A stretch of DNA of 64,000 bases from Basidiobolus meristosporus CBS 931.73 (taxonomy: Eukaryota > Fungi > Basidiobolomycota): positions 62,001 through 126,000 of the forward strand of contig MCFE01000167.1 of NCBI GenBank assembly GCA_002104905.1, in the 5' to 3' direction. The notes under the pieces were generated by a model. That model searched no databases, was not told the origin of the DNA, and saw nothing but the letters and a program-made list of their open reading frames with translations. This document shows positions 12,972-23,348 of the stretch, in pieces (the first letter of the stretch is position 1; the number at the start of each line of letters is the position of its first letter). Made by a program: the position numbers and the translations under genes.

Positions 12972-13434
12972 TATAAGATACCTACTCTGAGTATTCCTCA
13001 CAAGTAGTACCTCCAAGGTCAGTTGGCTTTCAGCCTGGTTTCCTGGGACTGTCCTATGGTCTGGGATTGGAAGTACACATAGCAGCAGGTAGCAGTAATC
13101 AAACTAATCAACAAATTGGTATATTGATAAAAGGGACAATAGTTTATTGTTGATAGATTGCCTCCCTTGTATACTTTTCTTACTGGCTAAGTGATTACTA
13201 ATCATAGTGCACCAGAAGGTTTCAGATACAATAGAAATCTTAATAATATCAGACTGAGCTGAGAGAGTTCTAAGTAGATGCCAGAAGGTTTGAAGCAGCA
13301 CAGCACAGCCAACCAATCAGGCATCAGAGTTCTGGAACCTGTGTAACATACATATATTAAATATGGAATGAAAATGGTAGGGATGGTGACACAGCTTGCC
13401 TAATATAGAAGCACGTACTTCTAGTAATCTTACA
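12972..13434. mobile_element. Probable solo LTR (family 2)
   Basis: TATAAGAT (decayed TGTAAGAT)...ATCTTACA termini; homologous to 310-842; TSD not convincing. Confidence 0.5.
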
Positions 13435-13463
13435 TAAAGTGAAGGATTACCTGTGCAAAAAGT

Positions 13464-13812
13464 TGTTGTAAGAGTCTTGGAGACACTGGAAGTGATTGGG
13501 AGGACAAGTAGATTATGTGGTTTTCACTCAATGATTTATTGAATGTAAAAGTAGTATTTATACTTTTACATGGTCTTGGCACTACAGGCATGTAGAATAG
13601 GTTATGGAAGGTCCCAAGAACATGTGTGCAAAGTTTGGGGCTGTTTGGACAACTTTGAGAATTTTCATATTCTGGCTACCTGGTATTTTGGTGAAAATAT
13701 TCCAAGTAAATCCCAACAAGGAATTTGGTCAGTATTCTCTAGGATCTGAGGATAATAATCTAAGTGACTAAGTTAGGTGAATATTTAGGTGGAATTACAA
13801 ATTCTTACAACA
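13464..13812 (-). mobile_element. Solo LTR of the copia family
   Basis: Full-length reverse-complement match to 16805-17153; flanks AAAGT/AAAAT (TSD with one mismatch). Confidence 0.9.
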
Positions 13813-13964
13813 AAAATAAGCAGGTATCATAGGTAGTTAGCTTATGGGATATTACTGATCAGATAAGACAAATGGCATAAAACTAAAATTAGGGTGGTAG
13901 AGAAATAGGGAAGTAGAAAATAAGGAGATGGGCACATCTCTCAGTGGGTGTCAATGTGACCCCA

Positions 13965-15272
13965 CTACAGCATGAGGAAAAAGCTGCAGTTCTCACCAAT
14001 TAATGCCATCAGCACAGAATAGGCTGAATCCTATCATAGCCAAGAAGATTACCAACAAGACAAAAGCTGCTTTGTCAAGAGTTGGAAGTCAGATAGTTGA
14101 GCTACACTCCAGTGAGGTAGTTGAGTTTGCAGGGAACAGCAATTTGTCTACCTCTGCCTCCACATCCTCCACTGTAGACAGAGTGGAGATCTCACTGACA
14201 AACAAAGCTACAATAACAACAAGAAATCAAAAGACTATCACAATGCCAACAGTGAAGTTTTGGAACATTAATAGGCACACCAAGAGGTTGCTGCACATCT
14301 TCAACAGCAGTGCACAAGAAAATGAACTGAAATATTGCAGGAATATATTGTAAAGACTAGCAGATGAGGTGCTTGACCTTACAGTAACAGCTGAAGACCA
14401 GGACTTCTTGGAGCCAGTGAATGAAAAGTGGCATAAAGCCATATGGTTCCTGCTGAAGTCATAGAACAAGGGTGTTACAGCAGAAATATTAATTGAATGC
14501 TGGATTTTAATGGAGTTACTTGTTGAGTTTGGGGTTAAGCTTAACATTAGTGTTGGGTATGGGTACTTGTATAGGTCAATACAATTGGCAATTGAGGTAC
14601 ATCTAAAGTTTCAACAGATATGAATTGATTTGAATGCATGAAAAGTTAGTTAATTGGTTGAGTCAGGTAGTAAGGTGTGTGAAAAAGAGGCAATAGCCAA
14701 TCAGTTTACACAAACATAGGAGGTGATCAAGTGTCATGGATCAGAAAGTGAGAGAATTCCCTATGAAAAAAAATTAATAGAAGGCCAGCATAATACCATC
14801 ATCATATTAGCTGAATTCCAAGCTCCTCAAAACTGACAGTTGTCAATATCTCAGGTACTAGCTACTGAGCAGACTAGCAAATGTATTCTCCAGGAGGAGA
14901 CTAGGCCAACTAGCATCTATGCCAAATTTGGCAACTAGCTGACCACTACTTCCATCAAAAATTGCAACTGAAAATTTGAACAAAAACTACTATCTCAAAC
15001 CAGCAAAATATCATCACATCACCATCAGATTACCAGCAGAAAATCAGATGATTTCCAAGTGTGAGACTTTGCATAGGGAATTGGCAGAGGACCAATCAAA
15101 AGCCACTTATGTTTTGTTGTGATAAAAAATTTGATCAAGTTTTTTGTGAAATCTAGGGTGCCAATATTTCTCAATGGTCTTTGCATAGGGTCCTGGCAGG
15201 ATCAATACCTCTAAGTCACAGGACTTTAATTTTGTGAAGCATTTTGATGGGATCTTAACATTACCTTTCACA
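13965..15272 (+). repeat. Copy C (5'-truncated) of the unclassified repeat
   Basis: Aligns with copies A, B and D; interrupted by the MITE at 14759-15078; abuts copy D head-to-tail. Confidence 0.8.
14759..15078. mobile_element. 320-bp MITE with CCCTATG(A/C)AAA TIRs and a 4-bp AATT TSD
   Basis: GAGAGAATT|CCCTATGAAAA...TTTGCATAGGG|AATTGGCAG. The empty site GAGA(G/A)AATT(A/G)GCAGAG is present in copies A and D. Confidence 0.85.
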
Positions 15273-15841
15273 AGGATAAAGGTAAAGAGATAAAAGTCTA
15301 CCCAAGCCAGTGACAGGGAAGTGTGAGAAAAAAGCTGCAGTTCTCATCAATTAATGCTGTCAGCCCAGAACAGGCTGAATCTCATTATAGCCAAGAAGAA
15401 TTATCAGCAAGAAAACAACTATTTTCTCAAGAGTTAGAAGTGCAGCCAGTTGAGCTACACACCAGTGAGGAAGATGAGTTTGCAGAGAAAAGCAATTTGT
15501 CTACCACTGCCTCCAGGTCTTCCATTCAAGACAGAGTGGGGATCCCAGTGACAGACAAAGCAACAACAAGAACTCAAAGGACTGTCACAATGCCTACAGT
15601 GGAGTTTTGAAACATTAATAGGAACACAAAGAGGTTGCAACACTTCCTCAAGAGCAGTGCTCAAGAAAACACACTAGAATATTGTAAGGATTTAATGTAA
15701 AGACTGGCAGATGAGGTACTAGACCTTGCAGTGCTGGCTGAAGACCAGGACATGTGGGAACCAGTGAATGAACAGTGGCATAAAGCCATAGGGTTCCTCT
15801 CAAAGTCATGGAAAAAGGGCATTAAAGCAGAGATACTTATT

Positions 15842-16575
15842 AGACTTGTTCTGTTGGATAGTGCCACATTGAGCCATGAGTGCCAAATGATGCCATAGTG
15901 TGCCAGAGAGGCCAAGTGAACCTATACTTGGCCACAGAGTGTGAAAAATGGTTCTGCATCTCCATGCAAAGCAGCCCCTGTGTTTCACCTATGATGGAGG
16001 AGAAAACCAATTTTTTGATGTTTTTTTGTGGATCAATGTTGTGCAGGATGTGTAAGAGCACAAAAGGATTGAAGTCATGCATCAGGTGCTCAATGCCCAT
16101 GGCACTCTGAATCTAGCTCCTGTGGCTTGTAACATGTCACAAAAATGCATGGCACTATCTTGGTCCACTGGTACTATCTGGCACTATATTTAATTATTTG
16201 CCCTAAAGTAAGATCCATACAAAGCATTTATAGTGCCAGATAGTACCAGTGGACCAAGATAGTGCCATGCATTTTTGTGACATGTTACAAGCCACAGGAG
16301 CTAGATTCAGAGTGCCATGGGTATTGAGCACCTAATGCATGACTTCAATCCTTTTATGCTCTTACACATACAGCACAAAACTGACCTAAAAAAAAAGGTC
16401 AAAAAATGGATTTTCTCCAACACAATGGGTGAAACACAGGGGCAGCTTTGCATGAAGATGCAGAGCTATGTATCACACTCTGTGGCCAAGTATAGGCTCA
16501 CTTGGCCTCTCTGGCACACTAGGGCATTATTTGGCACTCATGGCTCAATGTGGCACTATACAACGGAACAAGTCT
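15842..16575. mobile_element. 734-bp foldback (palindromic) non-autonomous DNA element; arms of about 347 bp, 40-bp spacer, 3-bp ATT TSD
   Basis: Arms 15842-16188 and 16229-16575 are reverse complements, with AGAC...GTCT termini and ATT at 15839-15841 and 16576-16578. The empty site AATT GAA TG is seen in copy C. The GTGCCA motif recurs in the arms. Confidence 0.9.
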
Positions 16576-17153
16576 ATTGAATGGTGGATTTTAATGGAGT
16601 TACTTGTTGGGTGTGGGGTTGAGCTTAATGTCAGTGTTGGGTATAGCAACTTTTACAGGTCAATTCAATTGGTAATTTGGGTACAACTGAAGTTTTAATG
16701 GATATAAATCATGGTAAGAGAATTAGCTTAGTCAGGAAGTATGGAGTGTGAAAAAGAGGCAATAGCCAATCAATGTAGACAAATGTAGGAGGTGATTGAG
16801 TATGTGTTGTAAAAATTCGTATTTTCCACCTAAATATTCACCTAACTTAGTCACTTAGATCATCACCTTCAAATCCTAGAGAATACTGACCAAATTCCTT
16901 GTCGGGACTTACTTAGAATATTTTCACCAAAATACCAGGTACCCAGAACATGAAATTCTCAAAGTTGTCCAAACAGCCCCAAACTTTGCACACATGTTCT
17001 TGGGACCTTCCTTAACCTATTCTATGTGTTTGTAATGCCAAGACCATGTAAAAGTATAAATACTACTTTTACATTCAATAAATCATTAAGTGAAAACTAC
17101 ATAATCTACTTGTTCTCCAAATCACTTCCAATATCTCCAAGACTCTTACAACA

Positions 17154-17165
17154 GGTTATGAGCCC
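17154..17165 (+). promoter_or_regulatory. Primer-binding site GGTTATGAGCCC, complementary to the tRNA-iMet anticodon stem-loop
   Basis: Directly follows the 5' LTR; it is the reverse complement of GGGCUCAUAACC of fungal initiator tRNA and contains the gag ATG. Confidence 0.85.
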
Positions 17166-20100
17166 CAAGCTGTCACTCTCTGCAATGTCTACTACTGCTA
17201 TTACTGGAATTTTTCCCTCTGCTGAAAAGTTGGATGGATCTAACTACCAAGTGTGGAAGGTGAAGATGAAGATGCTGCTACAAGAAAGAGGCCTTTGGGA
17301 TATTGTCATGGGAGAAGAATGCCCTCCTAAAAACGTGGGAGAGGAAGCCTTAAAGTACCAGAAGAAAGAACAAAGTGCCTTTAACTGCATTTGCCTTAAT
17401 GTCAAGGACAAATTGCTAATTCAATGCTCAAGAGCAAAAACGGCAAAGAATGCCTGGAAGGCATTAGAAGACACCTACCAGTCATGTTCAGCTGCCAAGA
17501 AAATGTATCTGAGAAGAAAATTCTTTACTACAAAGATGCTGCCAGGAGAAGAAATGAAAAATCTAATTAACAGAATTACCCTGCTGGTAGATGAGATGGA
17601 ATCTGTGGGCGTACCAACTACTGATGAGGATGTGATAGTTACCATCCTGAATAGCCTGACAGACGAGTTTCAGGGCCTTGTATCAGCCCTAGAGTCCAGA
17701 ACTGAAGATTTGACCTTAAATTACGTATATGGAAGGCTCCTGGATGAAGAATTAAGAAAATCAAGCGCCAATAAGAAGGAAGAAGAAAATGCTTTAATAA
17801 GCAATGATAACCAACAAAGGAGGTACCCAAGACCCTACAAAGGCAACAACAACCTATTTTGCAACTACTGCAAAAGGAAAGGACACACATCAGACCGGTG
17901 TTTCAAAAAGAGAGATTATCAGCAAAAGAAGCCTGAATATGGAAATGCTGCAACAACTGAAGATAGACTATTCATATCTGCACTAAATATGACCACAAAC
18001 AAGGATTCTCAGACGTGGTATATTGACTCTGGAGCTTCTCAACACTTTACACACCAAAAAGAACTTTTTACCCAATATCAAGAAATTCCAATTAAGAAGG
18101 TTTTCATGGGTGACAATAGAACACTTGATGCAGTGGGAGAAGGAACTATCCAAGTAAACCTTAGAAGCAGTGAAGGAAGCCATACACTGACCTTTAAAGA
18201 AGTACTCTATGTACCAGAAATAGCCAAGAACCTACTCTCTGTAAGCAAGGCCACAGCAGAAGGACTCAGTTTCAGTTTTGACAATTCTGGATGCAGGATC
18301 ACTGATCAAAATGGTGCTCATATTGCTTCGGGCATCAGAGATCAGAATCTATACAAGTTGACTTATATTCCATCATATTTGGAAGCCAATATAAGTAACT
18401 TAAATGAAGAAACACCAATGCTTTGGCACAGGAGATTTGGACACATCAATTTTGATTATTTGCGCAAAATGATCAAAGATCAGCTAATTTCTGGAGTGAA
18501 AATTGATCCCCCAGCTAATTTGGAGCACTGTGAAGCCTGCATATATGGGAAACAAGCCAGACAACCGTTCAAGAGCTCTGGGTTAATCAAAACTAAGAAA
18601 AAATTAGATCTAATTCACTCAGATCTGTGTGGACCTATGCAAAATTTATCCTTAGGCGGGATGAAGTATTTAATCACTTTTATTGATGATTATACAAGAT
18701 ACACATGGGTCTACTTCATGGAGAGAAAGGAAGAAGCTCTGTCTAAGCTCAGGGAGTTTAAAGCCATGGTGGAGAGAGAAACTGGTGAAAAAATCAAGAA
18801 AATACGCTCTGACAATGGTGGAGAATATACCTCAAAACTCTTCATCCACTTCTGCAAAATTCATTGGATAAAGCAAGAGACTACTGTACCATACTCCCCA
18901 CAGCAAAATGGAGTAGCAGAACAAGCTAACAGATCAATAATTGATATGGCAAGATCTATGATCCATGATCAAAAATTATCCTATGATTTTTGGGCGGAAT
19001 CAGTTGCCACTGCTGTATATCTTAAAAATAGGAGTTATAACAGAATACTTCGTGATTCTACTCCATTTGAAGCATGGTATGGATACAGACCAAGTGCAGA
19101 ACATCTAAGAATATTTGGGTGTACAGCATATGCCAAAAAACTGGCCGGAAATCAGTCAAAATTTGAGCCAAAAAGTGTAAAATGCATATTTTTGGGCTAC
19201 TGCAATGAGAGTAAGGCATACAGACTCTACAATACCGAAGCAAAGAAGCTGATCAAGTCCAGGGATGTGTTGTTTGATGAAAATTCAAAATTTTCACAAA
19301 AAATGACATCAGATGATGACGGAAATTTGATCTCAAGTCCACCAATTGTCAGGATTGAATCAGAGCAAAACAATGAAAATTTTTTCACTCCAGAGGACTC
19401 TACAACCGTGGTTCAGCCAGAATCAGTGCCCAGGAATATCCCAGAAGTGATCATTCCAGTATCAAATGCCCGGAGATCCAATCGGACAAGAAATAGCCCA
19501 AATTACTATATCAATGAGGGTACAAACTTAGCCTATGCCTATTCAGTCCATGTTGATGAACCCCAGACTGTAAAAGAGGCCCTAAATAGCCCTCAGACAA
19601 AGTTTTGGAGATCTGCAATGACTGAGGAATATCAGGCACTGATGGAAAATCAAACTTGGGACTTAGTCAAATTACCAATCAACCGAATATCAATTGGATG
19701 CAGATGGGTCTTCAAGACAAAATACAAGGCTGATGGTACAATTGAAAGATACAAAGCAAGACTTGTAGCCAAAGGATACTCTCAAACAAAAGGACTTGAC
19801 TATACTGAGACCTTTGCACCGGTAGCCAAGTTTAATTCCATCAGATTAATATTGGCTATTGCAGCCAAATATAAGTTTTTTATTCATCAAATGGATGTAA
19901 AAACTGCATTTTTGAATGGAGAACTTGATGAGGACGTGTATATGGACCAGCCTGATGGGTTTGTTGACCAAGATAACCCCCATTTGGTCTGCAAGCTTAA
20001 AAAGTCACTATATGGTCTCAAACAATCACCGAGAGCCTGGAGTTGCAAGATAGATTCTTATTTGGAATCTTTGAGTTTCAAAAGGAGTAATGCTGACTAT

Positions 20101-21129
20101 AGTATATACTATAAGCCAGATAGAGCAAATCCAGTTCTATTAGCTCTATATGTGGATGATCTTATTATAGCCGCCAATAACCTAGAAACATTGGAAGAGA
20201 CTAAATCCAGCCTATCTAAGGAGTTCAAGATGTCCAATCTAGGAGAACTTAGTTACTACTTAGGGATTAAGTTCTCCATAGACAGAAGTACCCAGACTAT
20301 TACCCTAAGTCAATCCAAGTATATTCAAGATATACTAAAGAAGTACAAAATGGAAGACTGTAAACCGGCAGCTACCCCAATGGAGACAAACCTTAACTTG
20401 GTCAAAACTCAACCAAATCAAGAGAGCTTGGTGCCATCTGAAAGCCCTGACTTTCCTTATCAATCTATGGTCGGCAGTCTGATGTATATCATGCTTGGAA
20501 CACGTCCAGATATCTCATATTCAGTGGGAGTTGTCAGCCAACATAATCAGAATTATGGATCTGATCATATTGCAGCAGTTAAGCGGATTTTTAGATACCT
20601 AAAAGGAACTGCTGATATCTGCTTAAGATACACTTATAAGGATTCAGAACAGGATCTTGTGGGATACTCTGATGCTGATTGGGGACGAAATTTAGAAGAC
20701 AGAAGATCCACCACAGGATACACCTTTCTTTACTGTAAAGGAGCCATTTCATGGAATTCAAGAAAACAACCAACCGTAGCACTTTCTACTACAGAGGCAG
20801 AGTATATGGCAGCCTGTGAAGCTACAAAAGAAGCAATGTGGTTAAGAAAGCTCTTTACAGATTTAGGCCTATGTCAAAAAACGCCTATTACTTTATTTCA
20901 AGATAATCAAGGATGTATACAATTAGGTAGAAATCCAACTTTTCATGCTAGAACCAAGCACATAGATATTAGACATCATTTCATACGTGAAGCTATAGAG
21001 AATAACTTAGTTAGCTTAGTTTACTGTCCTACAGATGAAATGATTGCAGACATATTTACCAAACCATTAGCTAGAGACAAGTTTGAATATTTTAGGTCAA
21101 AATTAGGACTAGTCAGTATGAACATTTAG
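17158..21129 (+). CDS. Copia gag-pol polyprotein (1323 aa, single ORF)
   Basis: Zinc knuckle CNYCKRKGHTSDRC; protease WYIDSGASQH; integrase HHCC plus HSDLCGP, RSDNGGEY, NGVAE; RT YVDDL; RNase H SDADWG, TEAEY, KHIDIRHHF. IN precedes RT, the copia order. Confidence 0.97.
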   Translation: MSPKLSLSAMSTTAITGIFPSAEKLDGSNYQVWKVKMKMLLQERGLWDIVMGEECPPKNVGEEALKYQKKEQSAFNCICLNVKDKLLIQCSRAKTAKNAWKALEDTYQSCSAAKKMYLRRKFFTTKMLPGEEMKNLINRITLLVDEMESVGVPTTDEDVIVTILNSLTDEFQGLVSALESRTEDLTLNYVYGRLLDEELRKSSANKKEEENALISNDNQQRRYPRPYKGNNNLFCNYCKRKGHTSDRCFKKRDYQQKKPEYGNAATTEDRLFISALNMTTNKDSQTWYIDSGASQHFTHQKELFTQYQEIPIKKVFMGDNRTLDAVGEGTIQVNLRSSEGSHTLTFKEVLYVPEIAKNLLSVSKATAEGLSFSFDNSGCRITDQNGAHIASGIRDQNLYKLTYIPSYLEANISNLNEETPMLWHRRFGHINFDYLRKMIKDQLISGVKIDPPANLEHCEACIYGKQARQPFKSSGLIKTKKKLDLIHSDLCGPMQNLSLGGMKYLITFIDDYTRYTWVYFMERKEEALSKLREFKAMVERETGEKIKKIRSDNGGEYTSKLFIHFCKIHWIKQETTVPYSPQQNGVAEQANRSIIDMARSMIHDQKLSYDFWAESVATAVYLKNRSYNRILRDSTPFEAWYGYRPSAEHLRIFGCTAYAKKLAGNQSKFEPKSVKCIFLGYCNESKAYRLYNTEAKKLIKSRDVLFDENSKFSQKMTSDDDGNLISSPPIVRIESEQNNENFFTPEDSTTVVQPESVPRNIPEVIIPVSNARRSNRTRNSPNYYINEGTNLAYAYSVHVDEPQTVKEALNSPQTKFWRSAMTEEYQALMENQTWDLVKLPINRISIGCRWVFKTKYKADGTIERYKARLVAKGYSQTKGLDYTETFAPVAKFNSIRLILAIAAKYKFFIHQMDVKTAFLNGELDEDVYMDQPDGFVDQDNPHLVCKLKKSLYGLKQSPRAWSCKIDSYLESLSFKRSNADYSIYYKPDRANPVLLALYVDDLIIAANNLETLEETKSSLSKEFKMSNLGELSYYLGIKFSIDRSTQTITLSQSKYIQDILKKYKMEDCKPAATPMETNLNLVKTQPNQESLVPSESPDFPYQSMVGSLMYIMLGTRPDISYSVGVVSQHNQNYGSDHIAAVKRIFRYLKGTADICLRYTYKDSEQDLVGYSDADWGRNLEDRRSTTGYTFLYCKGAISWNSRKQPTVALSTTEAEYMAACEATKEAMWLRKLFTDLGLCQKTPITLFQDNQGCIQLGRNPTFHARTKHIDIRHHFIREAIENNLVSLVYCPTDEMIADIFTKPLARDKFEYFRSKLGLVSMNI

Positions 21130-21707
21130 CTGAGTGGGAGTGTTGTAAAAATTCGTATTTTCCACCTAAATATTCACCTAACTTAGTCACTTAGATCATC
21201 ACCTTCAAATCCTAGAGAATACTGACCAAATTCCTTGTCGGGATTTACTTAGAATATTTTCACCAAAATACCAGGTACCCAGAACATGAAAATTCTCAAA
21301 GTTGTCCAAACAGCCCCAAACTTTGCACACATGTTCTTGGGACCTTCCTTAACCTATTCTATGTGTTTGTAATGCCAAGACCATGTAAAAGTATAAATAC
21401 TACTTTTACATTCAATAAATCATTAAGTGAAAACTACATAATCTACTTGTTCTCCAAATCACTTCCAATATCTCCAAGACTCTTACAACAGTATGCAGGG
21501 TCAGAAAGTGAGAGAATTAGCAGAGAACCAATTAAAGCCACTTATTTATTGTTGTGATGAAAATTTTGACTACATCTTTTGTGAAATCTTGGGTGAAAAT
21601 ATTTCTCAACTGTCTTTGCATGGTGTTCTGATGGGATCAATACCTCTTAGTCACAGGTCTTTAATTTTGTGATGGCATTTTGACAGAATCATCACAATTA
21701 TTTCTCA

Positions 21708-21842
21708 TACAGTGATATTTTGGTGAAATATTGTAAGTAAATCTCAACAATAAATTTGGTCATTATTCACTAAGATTTGTAGGTAATGATCTAGGTGGCT
21801 AAGTTTGATGAATATTTAGGTGGAATGCAAACTGCTACAGCA
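21708..21842 (-). mobile_element. Old partial copia LTR fragment
   Basis: Degenerate reverse-complement match to the first about 135 nt of the LTR (GAATATTTAGGTGGAA block). Confidence 0.7.
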
Positions 21843-23348
21843 TTATCTGACACCTGTTAATTAGGGCATTGACTAGTAAAAAGTATAATAAAGTGATTTT
21901 TCTGTGTATATGTAACTGAAGCTAAGGGGCAGCCTTCTACTACAAATCAATACCCTGCTGCCTGCTACACAATTGAAAGTTTTGCATATTAAAGCGTTTG
22001 ACACCCTCTGGCACTGCATGGCCCCTTTAGCTTAATCCAATGCAACAAGTCTATTGCTTACTACATTTGCAACATACATAAAGTTGATGGTCTGAGATCT
22101 CAAAAAGCTCTTGGTAGAGACTGGGCAACTTTGAATTTCTCTACTATTATTGAGAGCTCCAATGTCCCAGGAAAACTAATTCATCATCAAAAGTGGCAGC
22201 TTTGTAATATAGGAAATGTTCCACGTTGGAACTCCTATACCTGTGAGCCAGGATAATGATGGGTGTTGACTGTAACACATATACTGAGTCTAATGAGCTA
22301 GCATACAATATTTGATATCAAACTAACAAAGATCCAGCTTGCAGTAAAATCTGCTGGTGCCACTGTGCAGTGAAATACAAATATATTCTCCAAGTACCTC
22401 ATATGCTATAGATTAGAGCATCTGACAAGTGACACAGTCTAGCTGAATAATTGCAAATACGCTATTAAAGGTCTCTATTTCCCAATCAGAAATTCTGAAG
22501 TCAAATACAAAAGTGAGTTATATACAAACAAGATTCGCTATGGCAAAGTTGAGCAGTTTATCGGGACCAAAAACTCTTAGGTGACCTGTGTCTCAATAAA
22601 GAATTGGCAGGACATCACTCAGGTCATAGTGGTAGTCAGAAGTACTACTGACCTGCTTATCAAGAAACACAAATGTGATGTAAAGCTAAGGGCGAAATTT
22701 ATCTTATATTAAGATTCTCCATAACTGATAATCCTCTTTATTGATTAAGTAAGATTTACTAAGGTTTGTCAAAGGGACTTCACGTGATAATGTTTTGACC
22801 GATCATTTACCTCAAGACAGCCAACTTACACTATGTAAGTATTGGTATATGAGCGTTGCCGCCAGTTAAGCTTTGGAAGGACGAAGGATCCTAAAACCGG
22901 TCGTTTAAAGGCCCAATAATCGGGAATTTTCGCGAAAGATGATTTCGTTCATATCGAGGGATGGTAGTTAATCCCGAACAGATATTCATCTAACATGAAG
23001 ACGTCTCGAAGGACTTTTGAATTTAATCGGAAAACTTTTTCCCCGCAAATCCTCGATTATTTTAACGCGTCTGCAGTAACAATATCCATCATTACAGTCC
23101 ATAGCTATCTAAACAGCCAGTAGCAGAAATCGGGAAGTTGCTTAGGAGTATGCTTAGCTGAGGCTTCAATCAGGCAACATTAACGATAAATTTGGAGTCA
23201 CTAAATTGAGTGTTCATCTGATCTGACAAATCGCTAGATGAATACTTGTAGTAGTCAAAAAGGCAATATGGTAACGAAAGTATTCCTCATACGTCTACTC
23301 TGTCCACGATCAGCTCCACCCTCCTTTACCACCCAAATTGTGTGAAGA

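Larger units (their letters stand above)
16805..21490 (+). mobile_element. Full-length, recent Ty1/copia LTR retrotransposon
   Basis: LTRs 16805-17153 and 21141-21490 (TG...CA) differ by one substitution and one 1-nt indel. TSD GTATG at 16800-16804 and 21491-21495; PBS 17154-17165; PPT 21131-21140. Confidence 0.98.
15273..21707 (+). repeat. Copy D (5'-truncated) of the unclassified repeat, split by the foldback element and the intact copia
   Basis: 15273-15841, 16576-16804 and 21491-21707 join into a sequence collinear with the other copies. Confidence 0.85.

Noticed and set aside
15661-16698. Pairs of near-identical short ORFs on opposite strands (MGIEHLMHDFNPF...)
   Set aside because: They are by-products of the palindromic element's arms and show no protein-family signal.
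17026-17157. 44-codon N-terminal extension of gag starting inside the LTR (also ORFs 21363-21557 and the top of 5245-6090)
   Set aside because: The upstream starts lie before the LTR TATA-like TATAAATA (about 17055), so they are unlikely to be in the transcript. The ATG inside the PBS is the more plausible start.
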